From Nanobdella aerobiophila (GTDB lineage: Archaea > Nanobdellota > Nanobdellia > Nanobdellales > Nanobdellaceae), in contig NZ_AP019769.1 of assembly GCF_023169545.1 (NCBI RefSeq), positions 330,001 to 362,000 on the forward strand: a stretch of DNA of 32,000 nt, in the 5' to 3' direction. Made by a program: the position numbers and the translations under genes. The notes beneath the pieces are model-generated. The model was not told where the DNA came from, did not search any database, and saw nothing but the letters and a program-made list of their open reading frames with translations. Shown here piece after piece: positions 18,922 through 28,513 of this stretch (positions are counted from its first letter, which is position 1; every line of letters begins with the position of its first letter).

Positions 18922-19782
18922 TTATATTATAACTTCTTTTAGTACATCTAGCCTTAAGTTTCTCTCTATCTTATATGCAGGTTTTGATCCCAAGCCATCC
19001 TCTAAGGTAACCCTCTCAGTCTTATAAAATATTCCAACAGGTATTCTAGAATTGTCTCTAAAGATATAATCATATTCTAGTGCCTTTGATATAGCTTCAT
19101 TAAAATTATTTGACATATACCCTGTATCTTCCAGTTTATACATATGAGCTTCATAATATTTTCTTGTATCGTGCTGTACTACACATGGTTGTAATATATC
19201 TACATATGCAAAACCCTTGTGTAATATTGCTTCTTTTAATATATACTTTAGATGATCCATCCATAATGAGTATCCTCTAGCCACAAAAGTTGCACCAGAT
19301 ACGAGTGCCAATAGTATTGGATTTATTGGCTTTTCAAAAACAGGCCTTCCCAGTGATTTTGAATAAAAACCTTCTTCAGTGACAAAATTATGTTGTGCCG
19401 TAGTCAAAGCAAAAACCTGGTTGTTATGAACAAATAATTTTACATCCGGATTCTCTTTACAAGCCATTATAAAATGCTCTATACCTTCATTATATGTATC
19501 CCCATCTCCTTGAAAAGCTAGTACTTTTAATTCTGGATTTGATAATTTTATACCAACAGCTACTGCTAATGCTCTTCCATGTAGTGCGCTAAAAGAACTC
19601 AACTTAATATAATTATGTATTTTTCCTGCACAACCAATCCCTGAAGCAAATACAACTTTATTTTTTTCAATTTTATTTTCTGATATTAATTCATTTATTG
19701 CAGTCATAAAAGTCGTATATATACCAAAATTTGTGCATCCAGGACACCAAGTTATTGAATATCCTGTTCTAAGATCTTCCAT
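18922..19782 (-). CDS. 2-oxoacid:ferredoxin oxidoreductase, beta subunit
   Basis: WCPGCTNFGI, SGIGCAGK...SSFSALHGRALAVAVGIKLSNPELKVLAFQGDGDTYNEGIEHFIMACKENPDVKLFVHNNQVFALTTAQ (TPP-binding GDGD...N motif). Confidence 0.95.
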   Translation of the reverse strand: MEDLRTGYSITWCPGCTNFGIYTTFMTAINELISENKIEKNKVVFASGIGCAGKIHNYIKLSSFSALHGRALAVAVGIKLSNPELKVLAFQGDGDTYNEGIEHFIMACKENPDVKLFVHNNQVFALTTAQHNFVTEEGFYSKSLGRPVFEKPINPILLALVSGATFVARGYSLWMDHLKYILKEAILHKGFAYVDILQPCVVQHDTRKYYEAHMYKLEDTGYMSNNFNEAISKALEYDYIFRDNSRIPVGIFYKTERVTLEDGLGSKPAYKIERNLRLDVLKEVII

Positions 19783-19841
19783 TAAAAAATATATTATATC
19801 AATATAAAAAAGATTTATTATAGATAACCAGGTAGTAAAAA

Positions 19842-21272
19842 TTATTTAGTTATCCTAATTATTAAACCATTCGAATACTTAATCTTATTCCAGAATAGAT
19901 AATTATATGTTATACTTGTTCTTGGCAATTCTATTGATTTTATATCAGATACATCGGCTAGTTGTAAAGTATATGATAATAATATTTCTTCATTCCTCTT
20001 AATATTATCAAATTTCCAATTTACAATATATGTATTTTCTGTCTTATATATTGTAGAAGGCTCTGCTATTTTATACTCTTTTATTTTAAATGGTTTATTT
20101 ATATGCTCGGAAATTTTTACATTTGATATAGAAAATAATCCCTTATTTTTTATATTTATTGTAATATCAACCAAGTTCTTTTCCATATCAATCTTTGAAA
20201 CCTCCTTCTTTATCTCTATATTTTCATTAAATAATATATAAGATATTAATAATAGCAAGATCAATATTCCTAATAATATAACAACAATTAGATAATAGTT
20301 TATGCTTTCTACTATTATATATTCTTGACCTGGTAATATAAACAAATTATAAATGCCATAGGTTACCCTACCAACAGTTTCATAATACTGTGGACTTGGA
20401 CTATATGAAGAAAAAGATCCAAAGACATTTCTTACATAAAAGGTATAATTTAATGGATAATTATACGGATTATAAATTATATATTTTATATATCCAAATG
20501 CGCTAGTAACATTAGTTTTTGGTGCAACTAACATCGTTGTAACATTAAATGCAAGGTCATATATATTATTATCAGCATTTACATATATATAATAATTTCC
20601 TGGTGTTATATTAGATATATATATTGGTATCTGATAAACATTTTCTCCTGGCGATATATCTTCATATAAAACATTTGTATAGCCAAAATCCGAAGATATA
20701 TTTATTAGTAAATTTTCAGCAAATTTGTTTGGATTTTCTATTATACCTAATAGATATAGATATTGGTTCTGATATACATTTGTATTAGATAATTGAAAGG
20801 CAATATTTAAAGGTAAAGTTATATTTTTAGTAATATTTTCTGTCATATTATTTATATTATTGTTAACATAGTATAATGTTGGAGTAAAAGCTATAATATC
20901 ACTATAATGATTAGTAGTCATATTTTCATTTTGTAAATATACAACAATTTCTGGTATTTGATTTATAATGCCGTATGGTCTCATATATATAGTTATGTTC
21001 TGATATTGATCGGGACTTAAAGTCCCATAATATATTGTATTATTCTGATTAAACAAGATTTCCCATTCAGAAGATAGGGAATACAAAGAATAAGTATATG
21101 TATAATTTGTTGGATTATATATATTTATATAATATATTCCATAACTGCCCGGATTTGATATATTTATTTGATTTTGAATTGATATCGGATAGCCCACAAT
21201 TGGTTGAGATTTTATAAAAAGACCTGTTATTATAATAGAAAATATGATATATAACATTTTTCTCCATTCCAT
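19842..21272 (-). CDS. Exported, membrane-anchored protein with NEW3-like beta domains and a further beta-rich domain after the TM segment
   Basis: N-terminal hydrophobic signal segment, Asn/Ser/Tyr-rich repeats with PGNYYIYV and PGQEYII, TM YYLIVVILLGILILLLLISYILF near residue 350, then about 110 residues containing VDITINIKNKGLFSISNVKISEHI. Confidence 0.75.
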   Translation of the reverse strand: MEWRKMLYIIFSIIITGLFIKSQPIVGYPISIQNQINISNPGSYGIYYINIYNPTNYTYTYSLYSLSSEWEILFNQNNTIYYGTLSPDQYQNITIYMRPYGIINQIPEIVVYLQNENMTTNHYSDIIAFTPTLYYVNNNINNMTENITKNITLPLNIAFQLSNTNVYQNQYLYLLGIIENPNKFAENLLINISSDFGYTNVLYEDISPGENVYQIPIYISNITPGNYYIYVNADNNIYDLAFNVTTMLVAPKTNVTSAFGYIKYIIYNPYNYPLNYTFYVRNVFGSFSSYSPSPQYYETVGRVTYGIYNLFILPGQEYIIVESINYYLIVVILLGILILLLLISYILFNENIEIKKEVSKIDMEKNLVDITINIKNKGLFSISNVKISEHINKPFKIKEYKIAEPSTIYKTENTYIVNWKFDNIKRNEEILLSYTLQLADVSDIKSIELPRTSITYNYLFWNKIKYSNGLIIRITK

Positions 21273-21317
21273 TAATAATATTTATATGACAAAAATATAA
21301 AAATATATGGTCTCAGA

Positions 21318-22121
21318 CTAGTAATATAAAAAAATAAATACTGAAGAGATTATCGCTACTAAACCTAAGATAAAATCAATCATATATATACTCTCTTTTT
21401 TTGCTATTTTTAGTAATATACTTATAACAAATATTCCAGTAATAAAAGCCACGATTATAGCAGTTAATAGTCCATAGATATCTATACTAGATATAACAGA
21501 ATTAATAGAGTGCATAGAAGATATTAATGTTAAAGAAAATGCGCCAAGAGCTGCGGGAATATATAGAATATATGAGTATTTAAATGCATCCTCAGATTTA
21601 TAGCCTAATAATAACATTGTAGATACAGTCATCCCAGATCTACTGACACCAGGTAATGCAGCCAAACCCTGCGCAAGTCCTATAATTATCATATCCCTTA
21701 AGCTAATATTTTTTGCTTCCATAAATTTAATGTTTCTTCTAGTATAAAATATATAAATTCCATCAGCTATTAATATAAGCCCCAATATAAACATAGGTAT
21801 CCCAATATTATAATAACCACCTAATAAGTGTTTTGATATGAAGTATAATGGTACCCCAACCAATCCTGTAAGAACTGTAGCTACAATAACAAACTTTAGT
21901 AATATTTTATCTTTAAATATTTGAATTATATCTTTTCTAAAATATAATAAAGCAGAAAAAATAGACCCAATTTCCATGAATAAACCAAATGTATAAGCTA
22001 CTGAAGGAGATAATTTTAACAATAATGATGAAGCAAGCAATACCTGGGTCTTACTACTTATAGGAAGCCATTCACTAATCCCCTGAATAATTCCGATTAT
22101 AATGGGAGAAATATCGACCAT
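21318..22121 (-). CDS. uppP: Undecaprenyl/polyprenyl-diphosphatase (UppP/BacA family)
   Basis: IIQGISEWLPISSKTQ and GLAQGLAALPGVSRSGMTVSTMLLLG are the two UppP signature motifs. Confidence 0.95.
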   Translation of the reverse strand: MVDISPIIIGIIQGISEWLPISSKTQVLLASSLLLKLSPSVAYTFGLFMEIGSIFSALLYFRKDIIQIFKDKILLKFVIVATVLTGLVGVPLYFISKHLLGGYYNIGIPMFILGLILIADGIYIFYTRRNIKFMEAKNISLRDMIIIGLAQGLAALPGVSRSGMTVSTMLLLGYKSEDAFKYSYILYIPAALGAFSLTLISSMHSINSVISSIDIYGLLTAIIVAFITGIFVISILLKIAKKESIYMIDFILGLVAIISSVFIFLYY

Positions 22122-22172
22122 CTTAAGATATTAAAAAATTGATTTAAAAGTTTTTCTTATTCTTTATTTAAT

Positions 22173-22955
22173 ATGAAAAAATATATTATATCAACGTCTC
22201 TTTATTCTGTATCATTATTATCATTATACTTCCTATATAATTATTTGAGTACTTTCTTATTTAATATATTAAATTATAATTTTTTTAATTATAGTAATTT
22301 AATATTTTACGGGCTATTATTAATATTTCTATTATTATTTAGTTTTGGGACTTATTTCTCAAGAGATATAAAAAATAAGAAATTTTTCTTAATATATGGC
22401 ATAATAATTATATCTATAAGCTCTCTATTTTATAGAAATTTAATAAATATATATACTGCCATAAGCTTATATTTCATACTCTTATATTTTGACAAAGAAT
22501 ATAATCCGATAACAAATTTATTATATATATTTGTAATATTTTTATTTACATTCGAGTCTCAAACATTTACATATCCTATAAAGTTTTTAATAAATAGAGG
22601 AGTAAATAATTTATATTATTCAAATTTAAATAATACAGAACAATTTTTTATAAATGGATTTTATAATTCTTATTTGGAAGGATACCAAAGTGCAGAATAT
22701 ATTTTAAACCAAAATAAAGATTATAATGGATTAAAGTTATTATTATTATATCAGGATAATGCTAGTAATGATTATTATAATTATATATTAACTACTGTTA
22801 ATAATGAAACATCAGGATTAAATAATACTATTAACTCTTCAATAAATCAACTTATATATACTTTTGATCCAGAAATAGCAATCGTCTCCGCCTTATTTAT
22901 TTTTGAAGCATTTTATATATTTTTATCAATCCAGAGAAAAATAAAAGATTTATAA
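22173..22955 (+). CDS. Membrane protein, multiple TM helices followed by a non-membrane loop and a final TM, unknown function
   Basis: Intact 260-aa ORF. N-terminal helices, then NNLYYSNLNNTEQFFINGFYNSYLEGYQ..., then TM IAIVSALFIFEAFYIFLSI. Confidence 0.65.
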   Translation: MKKYIISTSLYSVSLLSLYFLYNYLSTFLFNILNYNFFNYSNLIFYGLLLIFLLLFSFGTYFSRDIKNKKFFLIYGIIIISISSLFYRNLINIYTAISLYFILLYFDKEYNPITNLLYIFVIFLFTFESQTFTYPIKFLINRGVNNLYYSNLNNTEQFFINGFYNSYLEGYQSAEYILNQNKDYNGLKLLLLYQDNASNDYYNYILTTVNNETSGLNNTINSSINQLIYTFDPEIAIVSALFIFEAFYIFLSIQRKIKDL

Positions 22956-22981
22956 ACTTTACTCAATAAAATATAATCCTT

Positions 22982-23293
22982 ATGAAATTTTGTCCAAAAT
23001 GCGGTACCTTGATGAAACAAGAAGACAAATATTTCATATGTCCAAAATGCAAACACAAAGAGAAAAAAGGAGGAGAAAAAACAGTATTTACAGAAAAGAT
23101 AAATAAATCCTCCGAGATCACTGTATTGGAACACGACTATAAATTATTACCTATAGATAATGAGATAGTTTGCCCAGAATGTAATAAATCTGGAGCATAC
23201 TTCTGGTCTATACAAACTAGGGCAGGTGACGAAGGAGAAACAAAATTCTACAAATGCATAAATTGTGGATATACATGGAGAGTCTATGATTAA
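22982..23293 (+). CDS. tfs: Transcription factor S (archaeal TFIIS / RPB9-like)
   Basis: N-terminal zinc ribbon CPKCG...CPKCK and C-terminal CPECNKSGAYFWSIQTRAGDEGETKFYKCINCGYTWR. Confidence 0.97.
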   Translation: MKFCPKCGTLMKQEDKYFICPKCKHKEKKGGEKTVFTEKINKSSEITVLEHDYKLLPIDNEIVCPECNKSGAYFWSIQTRAGDEGETKFYKCINCGYTWRVYD

Positions 23294-23795
23294 AAAATTA
23301 AAGAAATATATAGAATATATTTTTTTTGGAGATGACCTGAAAAGTGATATCTTATTCATAATTTTAATATTAATTATATATAGTATAGTAAATCTTATTT
23401 ACCCACCATTATTTTCAGTAATTGTTTCACCAAGTATGGAACATACATATTTTAATATTAAAAAATACAGTACTTATAATATAACAATAAATAATTTTAC
23501 AGAATTTCCATATCCAAATGGATTATATATAGGCGATATAGTTATTATACTACCAATAAATACACAATATCTCCAGATAGGTGATATGATTTTGTATAAG
23601 GGTATAAGTATATATTCTGGAGAAGATATATTCCATAGAATTATAGGTTACAATAATACAAACTTTATAATTATGGGCGATAATAATCCAGGTCCAATAG
23701 TATTCGAAAATGAAAATGATATGCCCCCTAATAGGATAGTTGGTACAGGTATATTACGAATACCATTTTTAGGATATATTAAAATTCTTATTTAA
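23286..23795 (+). CDS. Signal peptidase I (archaeal type, S26B-like)
   Basis: Single N-terminal TM, VSPSMEHTY, GDIVIILP, GDMILYKG...DIFHRIIGY, FIIMGDNNPGP. Likely start is the ATG at 23286, 8 nt overlap with tfs, rather than the upstream start in the ORF track. Confidence 0.92.
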   Translation: MIKKLKKYIEYIFFGDDLKSDILFIILILIIYSIVNLIYPPLFSVIVSPSMEHTYFNIKKYSTYNITINNFTEFPYPNGLYIGDIVIILPINTQYLQIGDMILYKGISIYSGEDIFHRIIGYNNTNFIIMGDNNPGPIVFENENDMPPNRIVGTGILRIPFLGYIKILI

Positions 23796-24860
23796 AATAT
23801 ATTTTAACTCATAATAAGAATCTTTTTTTGATAAATTTCTATTTAATATTCCAAAATGAGCATTATATCCATTGTACCACTCATAGTTATCCATTAAAGA
23901 CCAAATAAAATATCCTTTTATATTATACTTTTCCCTATTTTTTAAGAAAAAATACATATATTTCTTAAGGTATCTCGTTCTTAAATATTCATCATCTGTA
24001 TTAATCCCATTTTCAGTGATAAATATTGGTTTTTTCATATCACCCAGAATATCAGATACTAGCTTTAGACTAAAAGATGGTTTTGATTCTATAATATTTT
24101 TCATATTATTAAAGGATCCATAATAATTTATTCCATAAAAATCAATGTGTCTAGGGAATATTAATGATATACTATTTTTTATGATATCATAAAAAGAAAT
24201 AAAAAAAGGAGTTTTTATATTAGTTATATTCTCTATATAAATTAAATTAACATCATTTTCTTTTGATATCTTATATATTTCTTCATTTGCTCTATGGATA
24301 TTCGACAATACCTTTACAACTAAATGTATATCATCTAAATCTTTATATTTTTTAAAAGGAGGCCATAAGCCAGCTATATAAGAAGAAAATATATAAACTA
24401 AAGGTTCATTGAATGATATAAAATACTTTACATCCATTTTAGATAAGTTTGATATTATAAGATCTGCAAATTCTATAAAATAGCTTATATTTTCTCTATT
24501 TTCCCATGCATTTATATTATAAAACCACATAGGATTTACATAATGCCATAATGTTATAAATGGCTCTATATTATTATTCTTTAGTTCTTTTATAAAGTTC
24601 ACATATCTTTTTAAATTCGAATAATTTACCTTACCCATTTCAGGGTATATCCTAGCCCAATCAATAGAAAATCTAAATGAGTTAACATATAGATCTTTTA
24701 ATATTGGTATTAAATTTTCATATTTTATCCATAATTCATTAGCATTATCAATTTCTGGCAATTTCCCTTTCTTTATAAAATAATACCAATCTTGATTGTC
24801 ATAATACCCTTCAGTCTGAAATGAAGATATAGAAAATCCTATATAGAATCTTCTATCCAT
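23769..24860 (-). CDS. Glycoside hydrolase family 1 (beta-glycosidase)
   Basis: GFSISSFQTEG, NSFRFSIDWARIYPE, acid/base FNEPLVY, HIDFYGINYY, nucleophile PIFITENGI, KGYFIWSLMDNYEWYNGYNAHFGI. Confidence 0.93.
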   Translation of the reverse strand: MDRRFYIGFSISSFQTEGYYDNQDWYYFIKKGKLPEIDNANELWIKYENLIPILKDLYVNSFRFSIDWARIYPEMGKVNYSNLKRYVNFIKELKNNNIEPFITLWHYVNPMWFYNINAWENRENISYFIEFADLIISNLSKMDVKYFISFNEPLVYIFSSYIAGLWPPFKKYKDLDDIHLVVKVLSNIHRANEEIYKISKENDVNLIYIENITNIKTPFFISFYDIIKNSISLIFPRHIDFYGINYYGSFNNMKNIIESKPSFSLKLVSDILGDMKKPIFITENGINTDDEYLRTRYLKKYMYFFLKNREKYNIKGYFIWSLMDNYEWYNGYNAHFGILNRNLSKKDSYYELKYILNKNFNIS

Positions 24861-25683
24861 TTTTTAATAATAATTTAGTTCCATTATAAATTATTTCCTT
24901 ATTATACCCACCTTCAAGAATATATAAGATCTTATCAAAACTCCTCAAATAACTAAATATATAATTATATACATCAAAATCTATATTTATTGAAGAATAC
25001 TTATCATCTTTATGGGCATCAAATCCTAAAGAGGTGATTATAATATCCGGATCTATAGAATTAATTAGACTAATAACATGGTTTTCAAAGAGCTTTATAT
25101 AAATATTATTATCTATCCCTGGATCCAATAAAAAATTATATACATTATTATAATTATATTTAATATTACAGCTAATCTTAGAAAATAATGATATATAATA
25201 AATATTTTTCTTATTTTTTATAATATCTATAGTACCAACTCCGTTGTGTATATCTAGATCTAATATCAATATTTTTTTATACTTTTTTCTATAATATAAT
25301 GCAGCAATTGCAGAGAAATTATATATCGAAAATTCCTTATTAATATTATAATATCCTGCACCATGACCTGGAACAACCGTAGGTATAAAGATATGATCAT
25401 TTATATAGAAGCTATCCAATAATGCCTGTATAGAGTATAATGAGGATTCATATTTATATCTGGATATATAATTATTACTTGATATCTTCACCTTAATATT
25501 ATTATACTTTATGTAAGTATATAGTCTTCTAATATATCTAATGTAACTCCAAGAATGTGCCAGACTTATGTATTTATATATGTCTGGCTCCAATTTATGG
25601 ATATTAATATCTTTCCTCCTTAATAATTTTCTTAAATAAATTAACCTATTACTTAATATATTCTTATTATACAATATTATCAT
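24853..25683 (-). CDS. Histone deacetylase superfamily (acetoin utilisation/HDAC-like) protein
   Basis: SLAHSWSYIRYI, VVPGHGAGYYN, KILILDLDIHNGVGTIDI, PDIIITSLGFDAHKDD, LEGGYN. Confidence 0.88.
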   Translation of the reverse strand: MIILYNKNILSNRLIYLRKLLRRKDINIHKLEPDIYKYISLAHSWSYIRYIRRLYTYIKYNNIKVKISSNNYISRYKYESSLYSIQALLDSFYINDHIFIPTVVPGHGAGYYNINKEFSIYNFSAIAALYYRKKYKKILILDLDIHNGVGTIDIIKNKKNIYYISLFSKISCNIKYNYNNVYNFLLDPGIDNNIYIKLFENHVISLINSIDPDIIITSLGFDAHKDDKYSSINIDFDVYNYIFSYLRSFDKILYILEGGYNKEIIYNGTKLLLKNG

Positions 25684-25722
25684 TAAATAAATAAATTTTA
25701 TAATTTTAAAAAAATACCAGCG

Positions 25723-25795
25723 CGCCGCCAGTGGGACTTGAACCCACGACCTGCCGGTTAACAGCCGGCTGCTCTACCGACTGAGCTATGGCGGC
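25723..25795 (-). tRNA. tRNA-Asn (GUU anticodon), no intron
   Basis: GCCGCCA-TA-GCTC-AGTCGGTA-GAGC-A-GCCGG-CTGTTAA-CCGGC-AGGTC-GTGGG-TTCAAGT-CCCAC-TGGCGGC-G. Full cloverleaf, no encoded CCA. Confidence 0.95.
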
Positions 25796-25867
25796 ATAAA
25801 TATTAAATATAATCTTTTATATTTATAAAAAAATTTTTATATTTTCAAGGATTTATATTATATTAAT

Positions 25868-26332
25868 ATGGAAATATTGATTATAGGAAATAAAATTGAT
25901 ATAGAGGATGGCAATGTAAACATAAAAAAAGAGAAAAATAGATTATCGGTAGAATATAATAAGATTATTGAATCATACCAATATAATGATCTAAAAATTA
26001 ATTGGAGTGTTAAAATAAACTTTATTTACAACAAAATAAAATATATAGAATCTACAAGAGATATATATGTGTATGATTATACTCAGATAAATGACAAAGA
26101 TAAAATATATAATTTTAATAGATTAGTATATCTAGGATATAGTTTAAAAGAATACAGAGAAATAGAAATTAAGAAAAATGGTATATATCTATTATCTCCA
26201 TCTGAAAAAGTATCTTTAGGTAATGGTAGGATAGAAACCGATTTCGGATCCAAGTTAATAGAGGAGGATAAAGTATCTAAAGATTTATTATTGTTATCAG
26301 ATGGATTACTAATATTTAATAATACTATCTAA
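25868..26332 (+). CDS. Hypothetical protein, 154 aa, beta-rich
   Basis: Intact ORF in an otherwise compact region. Confidence 0.6.
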   Translation: MEILIIGNKIDIEDGNVNIKKEKNRLSVEYNKIIESYQYNDLKINWSVKINFIYNKIKYIESTRDIYVYDYTQINDKDKIYNFNRLVYLGYSLKEYREIEIKKNGIYLLSPSEKVSLGNGRIETDFGSKLIEEDKVSKDLLLLSDGLLIFNNTI

Positions 26333-27019
26333 ATAATCCTTTAAATCTTCTATTTTTTCTTTAAAACTTTTATTATTTATGTTGTTTATTTCTTTTCTAT
26401 CAATGCCCATTGTTATCCATATTACTGAGTCTATATGAAGTAATGGTATATTAACTTCTTTTGATAATGATATCCAAAATTTCTTATCCTTAGATATTTT
26501 TGATATTCTATTATCTACAGGTATATATATCTCATATGGGTAAATTATTTTATACCCAATTATTCGTAAACCATAACCAAATATTTTCGTAGAAAATACA
26601 ATGGTTTTATCTTCGTAATTTTGACCCATTACAGAAGCAATTTCATTATTAAATCCTAATAAATTATCTTTGTAAATTAATAAATCCTTATCCTTAATCC
26701 AATTATATATTTTATCTAATCTTTTTACCTTTGTCTCTTTTAATCTAGAATTATATTTATATATAAAATCTATAAAATCATTATATATATCATAATAATT
26801 TATAGAAAAATAATCTGAAAACTTCTTCCAAAATAGTTCTCCCTTATAAATCAGTTGAAATGCTAATAAAGAGTTAATTACTATGATTTTCAAAAAAATA
26901 TCTCTATTATTTATTTTATTGTATAAATTTCTTAAATATATATATTGCTTATCATAATTTTCTTCATAATATAATACTTCATCTATGCTGAATCTTTTTA
27001 ATAACTCAATAAGATTCAT
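26309..27019 (-). CDS. Archaeal N-glycosylase/DNA lyase (AGOG, 8-oxoguanine glycosylase)
   Basis: NSLLAFQLIYKGELFWKKFSDYF, ETKVKRLDKIYNW, DKTIVFSTKIFGYGLRI, YIPVDNRISKIS, corresponding to AGOG conserved blocks. Confidence 0.85.
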   Translation of the reverse strand: MNLIELLKRFSIDEVLYYEENYDKQYIYLRNLYNKINNRDIFLKIIVINSLLAFQLIYKGELFWKKFSDYFSINYYDIYNDFIDFIYKYNSRLKETKVKRLDKIYNWIKDKDLLIYKDNLLGFNNEIASVMGQNYEDKTIVFSTKIFGYGLRIIGYKIIYPYEIYIPVDNRISKISKDKKFWISLSKEVNIPLLHIDSVIWITMGIDRKEINNINNKSFKEKIEDLKDYLDSIIKY

Positions 27020-27047
27020 ATAAAATTTTTTAATAAAAATATTTTTA

Positions 27048-27320
27048 ATGGATATAAATATAGAAGAATTATTATACTATTTAAATAGAGAGTATGATAA
27101 ATTAAATAAAATATTTTCCGATATAAGATTTTTTAACAGAAACATTGAAGATTATGTAAGGTCATATTATAATGATTTTTTATACTTTTATGATAGAAAA
27201 GAATATATAAAAGCTTTTGAATTAGAAAATTATATATGGGGAATTATAGATATATTATTAAATCTAAAATTAATTGAAGTAAAAGAAGAATATAAAAAAT
27301 GGTTTAAATTATTTATTTAA
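27048..27320 (+). CDS. DUF357-family small protein
   Basis: VRSYYNDFLYFYDRKEYIKAFELENYIWGIIDILLNLKLIEV matches the archaeal DUF357 pattern. Confidence 0.75.
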   Translation: MDINIEELLYYLNREYDKLNKIFSDIRFFNRNIEDYVRSYYNDFLYFYDRKEYIKAFELENYIWGIIDILLNLKLIEVKEEYKKWFKLFI

Positions 27321-28484
27321 GCTCTGATATATCCTTATTAATCTATTTAACTTTGCTATTCTCTCTCCATTTACTATTCCAAACTTCACATATGGTACTT
27401 CAAACCCGACTGCAATATCCGCTATAATATTACTATCCGTTTCTCCAGATCTATGAGAGAGTATAGGTATTAGATTATTTTCTTTACATAATTTAACAGT
27501 TTCAAATGCTTTTACCACTGAACCAATTTGGTTTGGCTTTATAATAACTCCTTTTATGGATTTATATACTAATGCTTTTTTTATCCTTTCAGTATTTGTA
27601 ACAGTTAGGTCATCTCCGACAATCAATGATTTTGTATTATTATTAATTTCTGCAAAGCCATCAAAATCTTCCTCATCTATTGGATCTTCTACATAAAATA
27701 AATCATACAATTCTATTAAGGATTTTACATACTTTATCTGTTCTTCCCTAGAAAATATTTTATCTTTATATTGATATGAATTATTTTTATATAATTGACT
27801 TGCAGCTAAATCAATTCCAATATTAATTCCAATATTATAATCCTCTTTTATTTCTCCAAATACCATCTTAATAACATTAAATACAGTATTATCATCCAAA
27901 AATGTCGTCCAAGCCCCCTCATCATCCTTTCCATATAAAAACCTATCATCCAATAATTCTAATCTTTTCCCCAATAATTTATGTATATAAGAAGCAACAA
28001 AGATTGCTAAGGGTAAATTATTTGTATCTGGAGATATTAAAAATTCTTGAATATTTGTACTCCTTCCTTTTGCATGCGCTCCACCTCCTATAACATTAGC
28101 TAATATCTTAATATTCATCTTTGGATTCTTATTAAAAAATTCATATATATTTCTCCCCTCATAATTTGACCATGCTCTTAATATTGCAAATTCTGTAGCT
28201 ATTAATGTATTTGCCCCATATCTTTTTATTCCTCCTATTGATTCGAATTCTGATTCAAAGGCCTCCAAATCTTTATATGATTGTATATCAAAAGTTTTAA
28301 GAAAATCTACTAATTCATTATTAAATAATTCTACAGCTTTTTGAGGATCTATATATGGAGCTTCATATTTTCCTTTACTAGCACCTTCCGGTGCTGCTTC
28401 AGAACTTTTATTTATTTCTACTTCTATTGTAGGATCACCTCTCGAGTTTAATACTACCCTCGCCCTTGCGGATTTTATCTCCAT
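27309..28484 (-). CDS. eno: Enolase (phosphopyruvate hydratase)
   Basis: ARVVLNSRGDPTIEVE, NVIGGGAHA, LFYVEDPIDEEDFDGF, IVGDDLTVTN, GVIIKPNQIGS, PILSHRSGETDSNIIADIAV. Confidence 0.97.
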   Translation of the reverse strand: MEIKSARARVVLNSRGDPTIEVEINKSSEAAPEGASKGKYEAPYIDPQKAVELFNNELVDFLKTFDIQSYKDLEAFESEFESIGGIKRYGANTLIATEFAILRAWSNYEGRNIYEFFNKNPKMNIKILANVIGGGAHAKGRSTNIQEFLISPDTNNLPLAIFVASYIHKLLGKRLELLDDRFLYGKDDEGAWTTFLDDNTVFNVIKMVFGEIKEDYNIGINIGIDLAASQLYKNNSYQYKDKIFSREEQIKYVKSLIELYDLFYVEDPIDEEDFDGFAEINNNTKSLIVGDDLTVTNTERIKKALVYKSIKGVIIKPNQIGSVVKAFETVKLCKENNLIPILSHRSGETDSNIIADIAVGFEVPYVKFGIVNGERIAKLNRLIRIYQSLNK

Positions 28485-28513
28485 ATAATATATAATACTA
28501 ATTTACTTATATT

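Noticed and set aside
22913-23359. Minus-strand ORFs of 73 and 70 aa
   Set aside because: Antisense to tfs and the signal peptidase start. Their Cys content mirrors the zinc-ribbon codons.
27902-28093. Plus-strand 63-aa ORF
   Set aside because: Antisense to enolase.
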